A DNA stretch of 63,147 nt, counting the filler, from Octopus bimaculoides (Eukaryota), in the NCBI RefSeq assembly GCF_001194135.2. It is 6 parts of 6 records of this genome, joined end to end, with 100 filler letters (N's around TTAATTAATTAA, not from the genome) between each part and the next. Parts side by side here need not be neighbours in the genome. Positions count along the whole stretch, not along the records: positions 22,348 to 48,322 come from NC_068981.1; positions 48,423 to 58,612 come from NC_068983.1; 4 more parts are not named here. One strand, given 5' to 3'. This document shows, in pieces, positions 40,706 to 51,552 of this stretch. Every line of letters starts with the position of its first letter. Within the stretch, counting starts at the first letter, position 1. The position numbers and the translations under genes were made by a program. The notes under the pieces were generated by a model. The model saw nothing but the letters and a program-made list of their open reading frames with translations, was not told the origin of the DNA and searched no databases.

Positions 40706-40760
40706 TGTGTTTAAATATATGTATGTCTGTTATTAAAATCAAAGAAACATTATCACTTAC

Positions 40761-40991
40761 TATCCTTAGAAAACTCTTCCAGCATTTCACGTCCACTAGC
40801 ATATCTGCTGTGCGTGAATTTATCCATTTTCTCCACTTCAGAATATGTCTGGCAAAAGCTTTTAGCAAAGTGAAACTCTCCTTCAGCCGGATCCCACCAG
40901 CCATATTTCTCAGCATGTTCTTTGGTCCCTTCGGCCAGCTCGTCATAGTCGGTTCCAATGGTCAGAATGTTGGATAGGTTTCTCAAGCCAG
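40761..40991 (-). CDS. SCRN: Secernin-family protein, penultimate coding exon (231 nt, phase 1-1)
   Basis: Translation xGLRNLSNILTIGTDYDELAEGTKEHAEKYGWWDPAEGEFHFAKSFCQ...RYASGREMLEEFSKD matches secernin G(A/V)RNISNQLSI...AK.KGWWDG..EFDFA. Acceptor atttcag ends at 40992; donor GTAAGT at 40760. It splices in frame to the 33261 exon (A|AA = K). Confidence 0.92.
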
Positions 40992-41115
40992 CTGAAATAT
41001 TGAAACAGCATTTATCAATGTATGAATTCATGTTTGTATATATACATATTCATTTGTGTGTGGTGTGTATGTGTGTGTGTGTGAGTGAATGTAATTATAT
41101 ATGTGAATATATAAC

Positions 41116-41181
<66 letters not shown>

Positions 41182-41721
41182 CATCAGCCTGTCTGTCTGT
41201 ATTATACCTATGATATATATATATATATACACATCATCATCATTATTATTTAATGNNNNNNNNNNNNNNNNNNNNNNNNNNNNNNNNNNNNNNNNNNNNN
41301 NNNNNNNNNNNNNNNNNNNNNNNNNNNNNNNNNNNNNNNNNNNNNNNNNNNNNNNNNNNNNNNNNNNNNNNNNNNNNNNNNNNNNNNNNNNNNNNNNNNN
41401 NNNNNNNNNNNNNNNNNNNNNNNNNNNNNNNNNNNNNNNNNNNNNNNNNNNNNNNNNNNNNNNNNNNNNNNNNNNNNNNNNNNNNNNNNNNNNNNNNNNN
41501 NNNNNNNNNNNNNNNNNNNNNNNNNNNNNNNNNNNNNNNNNNNNNNNNNNNNNNNNNNNNNNNNNNNNNNNNNNNNNNNNNNNNNNNNNNNNNNNNNNNN
41601 NNNNNNNNNNNNNNNNNNNNNNNNNNNNNNNNNNNNNNNNNNNNNNNNNNNNNNNNNNNNNNNNNNNNNNNNNNNNNNNNNNNNNNNNNATATATATATA
41701 TATATATATATACATATTTAT

Positions 41722-41850
41722 ATCTTATACATAAATGACTATTTCTGTCTGTCAATCTGTCTGTTACCATCTTGCTGCCTACATCAGTGAACCAATTTTG
41801 ATGAAACTTTGCATACATGTTAAACTAAATCTAGTTTAATTATAGGCTAA
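41722..41850 (+). mobile_element. Helitron/Helentron-type non-autonomous element, 5' relic
   Basis: tcttatacataaatg...tgtctgtcaatctgtctg...accaattttgatgaaactttgcatac is a typical rolling-circle 5' segment. Confidence 0.45.
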
Positions 41851-42123
41851 TTGGATTTCAATAAAAATCTATTATGGACCCTCCTAGGAGGGTTGGGCTA
41901 TTATATGATAAAAGGAGAAGGGTGCAAAGAGTGTTGGTGTGAGGGAAATGTGGTGGCATTGTGAGTGTGGCTGATATCAGGGAAGGGGAGAACAGTTGTG
42001 TAAGTGACAAATATGGAGTGACAGTGGGGTGATAACGTTAATACAGCAGTAATTCACAGAATCAACCATGCATGCTTTCAATCTGTCTTTGCCTCTCACC
42101 CTCTCTCTGTCTCTCACCCTCTC

Positions 42124-42160
<37 letters not shown>

Positions 42161-43147
42161 AACATACACACATACTTACAAATTTATAGACAGGTATTTG
42201 CCAACGTTTAAACCGAGATTATCTGGAAATAACCAAAGTATTCCTTTTTTCCATTTATAAGCAGATGATAAAGAAATTATTGTCTGCTAGTAATTTAGAA
42301 TCAGATCACTTTTCTTTTCACAAAGACGATGTTTCAAGTCAACATTGAAGTGGAGTACCTTATTAATTTCTTTTTTATTATTTCCGAAATTGTAATCACT
42401 CATTCATTTATTGGAAAGTTAGAGAGACAGATTTCTAAAGGGGAAATTCTTATCACTTAGTATCTTATCCCTTTTCGGTGTTGTAACCAGACATTCCAAT
42501 TCTGCAAATAAAAAGTCTTTAAAAATTGCAATTGCTTATCACTTTTTCATCCTGCTTAATTTTAAAGTTATATACAGTAACTATTTTGATGTTCCTGATT
42601 TTTTTCTAGAAGTATATGCTTCAAACATAGGAGATTGTGATTCCACACAAAAATTAGGGCAAGCATTTGGAGTTGGGTTTAAGATTTAATACTAGGATTA
42701 ATATTTTAGTTTAGATTTTAGGGATAAAATAAGGATTAAAATCTTGAGTTAAGTTTTAACGTAAGAGCTGAGGGTTAGCACTTAACATTAGGGTTTCATG
42801 TTAGTACTTAGGATTACAATTTTGGGTCAGAGTAAGGGTTAATTTAAGCAGAAATTGAAAAGGGATTCAAAAGATTTTAGTTTTTGTGAACAAATTTTTA
42901 CAGAATTGAACTTGCATATGTTTGGAATTTGGATATCAAAGAAAAATATATTCTTAACAGAAGAAAAGTAAAAAGTCTACAAAGTGTTCTTAGTCCAAAA
43001 TTTCGTTGAGTGTTTTTTCCGAAAAGATTTACTATAAGATAAATAAAGGGCGTTGTGATGTTACTGTTAATTCTCTGAGTCTTTAACTTGGGCAACGTTG
43101 GATAATTCGGCTAGTATATATATTTGACAGGCTTCCACACAGTTTCT

Positions 43148-43378
43148 TATTTCTTTATTGCCCACAAGGGGCTAAACATAGAGGGGACAAACAAGGACAG
43201 ACAAAGGGATTAAGTCGATTACATCGACCCCAGTGCGTAACTAGTACTTAATTTATCAACCCCGAAAGGATGAAAGGCAAAGTCGACCTCGGTGGAATTT
43301 GAACTCAGAACATAACTGCAGATGAAATAGCGCAAAGCATTTTGCCCGGCGTGCTAACGTTTCTGCCAGCTCGCCGCC
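43148..43378 (-). mobile_element. SINE family 2, full length with TSD, nested in a family-1 SINE relic
   Basis: 15-bp direct repeats ttccacacagtttct (43133-43147) and ttctacacagtttct (43379-43393); CpGs mostly intact. Confidence 0.9.
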
Positions 43379-44156
43379 TTCTACACAGTTTCTGCCTATC
43401 AAATCCACTCATAAGGTGCCACACAATGGGATTTAACCAAAACCATGTGGTTGTAAATAAACTTCTTAACCACACAGCCATGCCTGTACCATTGGTGCCT
43501 TTAAGAAGTTCCCTTTATTGCTTATCCAATCCTCTCACAACCAATGTTTTTCCTGGAACTAATTAGTCTCTGAGAATGATGCTTGTAAAGACCTTGGGTG
43601 CTGCACCATCTCCCCAAACAATAAAGAAAATTTTTGGCATACTTTTCCAATGACTGAAACAAGTAAAAAATAAAAGCTGTAAGATGGGTGTTTCTGACTG
43701 TGACTGTACATGTCTGTAGAGAGAAGGAAATATACTCCCCATGAATATCAAAGATCTTATTAGAATGGTGAGAGGATTGAATAAAGAGCTTTAATTTAGG
43801 ATTGTAGTGATGTGGCACAATAGGGATGATGAAAGGAGAGTTGGGTTCACTGAGTGGCATGCAATTTACAGATCTAGAAAATGGAAGCTATTGTGGAAGT
43901 GATGTATAAGGAAGAGAGCAGAAACAGAGCATCAGTGAAATTATGGTTAAAACATGTTGGTAAATGTTGGTTAACCAGTTATTTGGATGGCATCTTTTGG
44001 GATTTGGTCTCAAATATCTGCATGTGTATTGAGGGTTCCATATCAGATATGTGAATAATATTCCAATAGCTTTTGATGTGTCATGGGGTAGTCATTATAC
44101 CAATAATAATAACACATGCACAGGTTCAATTCCACTTCTTTATTATTATTATCGTT

Positions 44157-44535
44157 GAGGCGTAATGGCCTAGTGGTTAGGGCAGTGAACTTGCAGTCAT
44201 AGGATCGCGGTTTCAATTCCCAGACCAGGTGTTGTGAGTGTTTATTGAGCGAAAACACCTAAAGCTCCACGAGGCTTCGGCAGGGGTTGGTGGCGAACCC
44301 TGCTGTACTCTTTCACCACAACTTTCTCTCACTCTTACTTCCTGTTTCTGTTGTGCCTGTAATTCAAAGGGTCAGCCTTGTCACACTGTATCATGATGAA
44401 TATCCCCGAGGACTACGTTAAGGGTACACGTGTCTGTGGAGTGCTCAGCCACTTGCCTGTTAATTTCACGAGTAGGCTGTTCTGTTGATCGGATCAACTG
44501 GAACCCTTGACGTCATAAGCGACGGAGTGCCAACA
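44157..44535 (+). mobile_element. tRNA-derived SINE family 3, full length
   Basis: A-box tggcctagtgg, B-box ggtttcaattcc, and body ending ggatcaactggaaccc...gacggagtgccaacaa. attattattatc is repeated on both sides (44142, 44536), a possible TSD. Confidence 0.88.
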
Positions 44536-44662
44536 ATTATTATTATCAGTCAGTTGGTTAAATATCTAACCAACAAACTAATTGATCGTTTGTTTAACAT
44601 GTTAGTTAAACAAGAAATCAGTTGTTTGTTTGTCAAAGTTCTTTCATCACTGTTCATGACCT

Positions 44663-44737
44663 CACCACCTTTTCAGTGACCCATGACTTCCCTACTTGCT
44701 CCAAGATCTGTACATCAAGAATCTTGCAGACCAAATA
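44663..44737 (-). pseudogene. Secernin-like exon fragment, possibly decayed or misassembled
   Basis: YLVCKILDVQILEQVGKSWVTEKVV aligns without gaps to recalled human SCRN3 [25 protein letters not shown] (9/14 identities over ILE..EKV). It lies in the expected order upstream of exon 40991 but has no phase-1 GT donor. Confidence 0.45.
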
Positions 44738-44754
44738 CGGAAGAAAAAAGATTC

Positions 44755-44982
44755 CAGTATTCTTTTATTCTTTTACTTGTTTCAGGCATTTGACTGCGGT
44801 CATGCTGGAACACCAACTTAAAGGGTTTTCAGATGGAAGAAATCAACCTCAGGATTTATTCTTTGTAAGCCTAGTACTTATTCTATTGGTTTCCTTAGCT
44901 GAACTGCTAAGTTACAGAGATATAAACACACCAATATCAGTTGTCAAGTCATGGTGGAGAGCAAACACAGACACACACACAC

Positions 44983-45015
<33 letters not shown>

Positions 45016-45222
45016 TGTATGTATGCATGTATGTATGTACATACTCATACATACATGATGATCTTCTTTCAATTTCTGTCTACTAAATCCACTCGCAGGG
45101 CTTAGGTCGGCCTGAGGCTATAGTAAAAGACATTTGCCAAGGTGCAATGCAGTGGGACTGAACCCAGAATTATGTGGTTGGGAAGCAAGCTTCTTACCAC
45201 ACAGCTATGCCTGCACCTATGT
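44755..45222 (-). mobile_element. SINE family 1, near full length, CpG-decayed
   Basis: Same head, body and tail as 20811-21193 in reverse, with many CG>TG/CA changes. Confidence 0.85.
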
Positions 45223-46855
45223 GATCTGATTTAATGTATTTTTTAATTCTGAAGAGATCTAGTTTTGGCAATGTCTTTGAATACATTTATAGTTAACAAA
45301 CAGGTTAAAGATAACACATGGTTGGGACTGAGCTATCTTGATTTTAATTGTTTAAATAGATGTAAGTGTGATAAATGTTTTGCTATTTCTTTGACAGAGG
45401 AAGATCATTGGTGTACATAGAAGGTCTGTGAAGGATAAATAAGTGTCCATTGAGTGAACAATAAGTGGGTTAATTTAGATTAAAATAATTAAAATATAGA
45501 ATGGGACTAATGAGAAACAACAACAGAATGTGTGTTAACAGAACAAAGAAACAAGAATAGAACCAAGTAAAAGCAGGATTATTCATACACCAATCCAACT
45601 TTTTCCATTGTAGATGCTTACACGCATATGTACAAACATGTATAAAGAAATATGTCTATACACATGCACACGCACACACACACATACATGCACACACACA
45701 CATATACATGCGCACACACACACACACACACATGTATACCCCACCACACACATGCATATATGTATACCCCACCCACACACATATACACACTCATGAATAT
45801 GCAAAAGATTAAAACATGGTGATACTGGAAATGGCATTTTTTAAAATAATGTTTTTAAATGTCTATAATGAATTCCTGTTTTCCAGATGCCATTATGCTT
45901 TTTATTCCATGCCAGTTGCCTACACCAAAATCTATCTGGTAATATTTTCACCCATCTTTTGATGTAGATTATTTGGGATTACATTTGGCTTTTCGAAGGA
46001 AGTTACTTCAAATTCCCATGTCTGCTACTACCATTTCTATCCAGCTAAAAGTAGTCAGATACTTAGAGCACCTGGCGCTTAATTATATTTTTACCTTGAA
46101 ACGATAAGCCATCTACCTATGAGCCAACTCTCTCTGTATTTAATCATAATCAATAAGTGGAAAAAAAAAAAGAAAAAAATCTAGATTTTTGGCGTTCTTC
46201 TTCTTTTCTTTTTTTCTCATAGTAGGACCATTACAGATTAAATATTAAATATCAATAACTCTAGCAATAATATTAAATAGTATAAAAATGTGGAAAATAA
46301 CTGCTAAAACAAAAATAGCAGTAACAGTAACAATAAAAACAACATTCAACAAAATATATATACAGAAAAATAACAGTCATAGTTTTATAGGAGGGGATGA
46401 TGGGAAAATATGGAAAAAGATGAGTGAGAATGTAAGATGATACTGTAACAGATAAGTTTAGTATGCTAAATGATTGAGATTAGATTATCATCAATATGAA
46501 TTCTGTAGAGTTGTTTTCTGATATATTTCAGTAAATTTAGAAAGTCATTATGTTATATGTGCTTTATTTCAGTTTAGCCAACCCAAGAGGCTTTATTATA
46601 TGCACACTGTTTTTAACTTTACTTTGCTTCAATGAGTGCAAGTTTATTTAAGTATATATATATATCCTGTTATTTAAATATTAATTTGTTTTTTACAAAG
46701 TCTCTAGGTACCTAATATATTATCATAAAATAATGATTATACTATTAATGTGGCCTTCTATTTTGTTTTTTACTATATGTTTCCATGAATCTATTAGTTA
46801 TAAACATCTATACAGTGTTATTTTGTTCATATTTAATATTTCTTTTTTTTTCTGT

Positions 46856-48240
46856 TTAGTTAGAGAGAGCATTTATTTGCTTAGCCCTATTCTTACATAA
46901 AGCTTTGTGTGCCTCCTTCTTCCTTGCTATCACATCCCTCACCTCCTCATTCCACCACCATGTATCTCTGCGATCTCTCCTACCTTTTGTCCTTCCATAC
47001 ACTTCATCACATGCCTTTAGTACCCCTTCTTTAAAAGACTTCCACAAATCTGGTGCATCAATGCTTACCAACTCCCAAACTCTCTCTCTTCAAACCTTGC
47101 TCTTGTTTCTTCTTCCTTCAGTTTCCACACCTTTCTTCGCTCAGCCATTCCCTTTCTCACATGCTTTTTAACTTTCCTCTTATCCAAGTCAGCAACCACC
47201 AACCTGTGCTGCAACTCCCCTGGTATTGTCTTCACATCTCTCAAATATTTTCTGTTTTTCCTGCCAACCAACATGAAATCAATCTCTATCTCATTCCCTC
47301 CTGCACTGAAAGTCACCTTCCTTTTCTCTGTTTTCCTAAACCACGTCTTCACCACACACAACTCTTTCTTATCACAAAACTCCAACAGCATCCTACCTTC
47401 CAAATTTCTCTCCCCAATTCCATTTCCCTCATGCACACCATCAAAGCCCTGAATCCATTTCCCAACATGTCCATTAAAATCACTCATGCCTAAAACCAAT
47501 TCATCTACCTTTTGTGAGTCCCACTCATTCGCCATTTCATCAAAGGACTGCTCTTTCTCAATGGTCCCTCTTCTACTCTGCGGATGATACCCACAAATCA
47601 CCCTCACTACTTCTTCCTCAAATGCTAACACTACTGTCATCACTCTGTCACTCTTTCTCCTGACCTCCACCACCTTCTTACAGATTTCTTCCTTCATCAA
47701 AACTCTCACACCTCCAGTCCCCCTGCTATTTCCTGACCACCACAACTTGTACCCTTTTCCTTTGACCCCCACAAATCTTGCACCTTGGCCCTTCCACCTA
47801 ACCTCCTGCACACATCTACCTTCCTCTTCCTCAATTCCTCACACACCTCAGTTCCCCTTCCATACAGATTGCCCACATTCCAACTTCCCAACCTCCCTCC
47901 AAGCTTCTCCTCAGGCCGTTGGCCATCATAAGGCAAGTCATGCTCGCGCAACCCAGGATGAGGGTTTGCACCTTCCTTTTTCAGGTAGGCAGGTGCAGCC
48001 CACACCAACCTTTGGGCTGGCTGGTGCCCATTCGCCTTTGCTATTATCATGAGGCTTTTTTGTAGCTGGATTTTCTACGGAGAGCATGCCCTTGCTTACC
48101 CCCAATCTCAGTTTCTAGACTGAGTGGTCCCAAGACCAAGGCCTCTACCAAGATTTTTAAGAAATGTGATGGAAAACTAGCTCAAGAAGGCAGGGATGCT
48201 ACTCCCTGAGACCCCTTTCAGACTCCCCACCACCTATGTG
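46856..48240 (-). mobile_element. RTE-clade LINE 5' portion: 5' UTR plus AP-endonuclease, frameshifted
   Basis: GSWNVG, RKVDVC / QEVRWKG, GYKLWWSG, SDRVM, DFNGHVG, NGIGERNLEGRMLLEFC, IDFML and QHRLVVADL are APE motifs of RTE ORF. It is truncated before the RT domain. Confidence 0.95.
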
Positions 48241-48322
48241 TGTGTATATATATATATTTAGTTTTTGTATGTGGCATATGTTCAGGTGCAATAAACACTG
48301 TAAACAAACAGGAAACAACTTC

Positions 48323-48422
48323 NNNNNNNNNNNNNNNNNNNNNNNNNNNNNNNNNNNNNNNNNNNNTTAATTAATTAANNNNNNNNNNNNNNNNNNNNNN
48401 NNNNNNNNNNNNNNNNNNNNNN
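48323..48422. other. Assembly linker gap
   Basis: Same N44/12-mer/N44 pattern. Confidence 0.97.
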
Positions 48423-48429
48423 TATATAT

Positions 48430-48635
48430 ATAAGTTATGGAGACGTAAACGAACCAAAGTTACAATAAACAAATGTCTAACAACTAGTGTTCGTTTATTT
48501 ACGTGCTCATAACTTAGCGGTTCCACAAAAACCGATAGAATAATTATCAAGCTTTCTTGTGTAGATTTGTTCAAGTAAACCCTTCAATGCGGTGCTCTGG
48601 TATGACCGCAGTTCAATGGCTGAAGCAAGTATAAA
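48430..48635 (+). mobile_element. SINE family 1, 3' half
   Basis: aacttagcggttccacaaaaaccgatagaataa...gcggtgctctggtatgaccgcagttcaatggctgaagcaagta. Confidence 0.65.
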
Positions 48636-49049
48636 TGACATGTTCATCAATTTAAATTCTTAGTTTGAATTCTAAATGTTGATCGACATAATACATTTGT
48701 AAATAATCTTGCCTTGTTACTTATCATTAAAGTTAGATTTTAGTAACCTACAACTGCTTTATTTAAAGCAATGCACCTCATTCCTTACTGCTGAATAACA
48801 AACAACTCATGGATGTTGAATCCTCTGTTACTTCAAATGATTAACTAATCAGAGTTCCTTCAAACATACAGAAAAAATTAACTACAGTCACTGCATATTT
48901 ACGAAGATACTTCAATATAAAAATAAATCAATTGAAAAGATAAAGGCATAAGCAAAAAATGAAAATTTCGCGCCGAGTCTGCAGTTAAAAAGAAACATGA
49001 AAACCGAAGACAATTACAGGAACAAGGATAGTAATTTTAAGGGGAATAG

Positions 49050-49450
49050 TTAGTCGATTATATAAACCCTAGCACGTGAATGACAATTTCTTTTATCGCC
49101 CCTGGAGCGATGAAAGACGAAGTAGTCACCGCCGTGATTTGAATTCAGAAAACAAAGAGTTAGAAGATTTGGCGTAAGAAATTTTTGCAGACGCTTTCTT
49201 TTGACAACTAGCCGTCTTGAATTCCGAGCTAAATTAATAATGGATTCAAATTTTGGCACAGGGGCAGCAATTTTTGATGGGAGAAGTAAGTTGATTACAA
49301 TGACTGGGACTAATTTTATCGATATGGAAAGGCTGAAAAGCAAAGCTGACTTTGGCCGAACGAGATTTTAGCTCGGAACGAAAAGACGGACGAAATGCCG
49401 TTAAGCATTCTGTTCGTGCTAATGATTCTGCTGGCTTGCCACCTTGAACT
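49050..49450 (-). mobile_element. Two adjacent SINE family 2 copies
   Basis: Two successive tgaaagacgaagt.../tttgaattcagaa and ctgactttggccg.../aaatgccgttaagcatt...gattctgctggcttgccacc segments. Confidence 0.65.
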
Positions 49451-51066
49451 AAATCAANNNNNNNNNNNNNNNNNNNNNNNNNNNNNNNNNNNNNNNNNNN
49501 NNNNNNNNNNNNNNNNNNNNNNNNNNNNNNNNNNNNNNNNNNNNNNNNNNNNNNNNNNNNNNNNNNNNNNNNNNNNNNNNNNNNNNNNNNNNNNNNNNNN
49601 NNNNNNNNNNNNNNNNNNNNNNNNNNNNNNNNNNNNNNNNNNNNNNNNNNNNNNNNNNNNNNNNNNNNNNNNNNNNNNNNNNNNNNNNNNNNNNNNNNNN
49701 NNNNNNNNNNNNNNNNNNNNNNNNNNNNNNNNNNNNNNNNNNNNNNNNNNNNNNNNNNNNNNNNNNNNNNNNNNNNNNNNNNNNNNNNNNNNNNNNNNNN
49801 NNNNNNNNNNNNNNNNNNNNNNNNNNNNNNNNNNNNNNNNNNNNNNNNNNNNNNNNNNNNNNNNNNNNNNNNNNNNNNNNNNNNNNNNNNNNNNNNNNNN
49901 NNNNNNNNNNNNNNNNNNNNNNNNNNNNNNNNNNNNNNNNNNNNNNNNNNNNNNNNNNNNNNNNNNNNNNNNNNNNNNNNNNNNNNNNNNNNNNNNNNNN
50001 NNNNNNNNNNNNNNNNNNNNNNNNNNNNNNNNNNNNNNNNNNNNNNNNNNNNNNNNNNNNNNNNNNTAAAAAAGAGGTAGAAGTGGAAGAGTAGAGAGGA
50101 GGAAGAGAGAAGGGAAGGTGGGGTGAAAGAAGTAGTGACCAAGCCAAGCAGCAATAGAGGTGGGAAGAAGAGAAAAAGGAAAAGGAATGAGAAAAGGGGG
50201 GAGAACGGATGAGGCAGGACAAGAAGAAGAAGAAGAAGAAGAAGAAGAAGAAGAGGATACAAGGAGGCGTTCTTTATTTACCCAAGTGCGATAGCTAAGT
50301 ACTTGGCACATTTGTTATCAGAATAATCCAACAACATGTGGTCGACTGGTTTGATTAGATTCTTTCATACGTAATAATGCGGTCGCGAGTTTAAACACAT
50401 GTTTCAAAATTGGACTAAATAATTTCATGTTCGTAGATTTGAATATTGCCGTTATACAGTCAAGATTGTAAATCTAGTTTCCGGAAGTTTTATGAATAAA
50501 TACTATTGAGGTATGCTAGAAAGAACAGCGCCAAGATAAAAAAATATCTATCTAAATTGCATCTTATATTTGAGACCTAGAAACATACTGAATCACTTAA
50601 CACTACTAAAATAGAGGGTGTTATTTGTCAAAATTAATCAAAATTATCAGCATACCGTGAAAAGAAATCGAAAAAATTCCGTGTTTGCGAAAAAAAAAAA
50701 AGCGCTGTATTACCGCACTTTATATTTAACAATGGGTTAAAATTTAATGGTGACCGGAATGGGTGAGTTTTTCAGTAACAATTTACAATATGAAATTCCT
50801 AATCGTCATGCAATTTCATATGGTGTTTAAAATGATCCTCTGTGGGTTAGTCATAGATTAGTTCTATCAATTCTTTAGACATTGTACGAAATACAAGCTC
50901 ATGAGTCGTGCTATTGTAATTTCTAGCTTCGATTAAATTACGTATATGTGTCTATGTGTGTGTGTGTGCATGTTTGGGTATGTTTGTGTGTGTTCGTGTG
51001 TAATATATAGATATATGTTTAGGTAGACAGACAGATAGACAGATAGACAGACAGTTAGATAGATAT

Positions 51067-51119
<53 letters not shown>

Positions 51120-51510
51120 GTATGTAAACCGTATTTCTCTATAAATGTGCGTGTTGCGAACATAAAGCGTATTTTTGATATTCTTTCATGCATATTTTAA
51201 TCTTTTTCCTTTTCTATTCTTCTTTCTCAGGTCCCCTGCCTATAATTCTACACTTTTTATCTCTCTCATTTCTAACTCTCTCTCTCTCCCTCCCCTCTCT
51301 ATTTTCCTCCTCTCTCTCTCTCTCTCTCTCCCTTTCTCTCCCCCCCCTCTCTCTCTCTCTCTCTCTTAATGTTTGTATTTCTTTGTTTTGAATGTATTAT
51401 AAATTATTTCTTTTCCAATTCTGTACATTCTCTTTGGAAATTTCACATTAACTGATCTACTATTTACTTATGCATAATGTCTGAAAACATATTTCTGTAT
51501 ATACGTTTGC

Positions 51511-51552
<42 letters not shown>

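Noticed and set aside
43522-43660. LEKY...C peptide as a secernin exon (LEKYGQGGNC)
   Set aside because: Only 4 residues match, the order relative to the 44.7-kb fragment is wrong, and it begins inside a SINE tail.
45880-45945. Plus-strand AG...GT-bounded segment as an antisense exon
   Set aside because: No recognisable peptide and no neighbouring exons; such splice-like pairs are common by chance.
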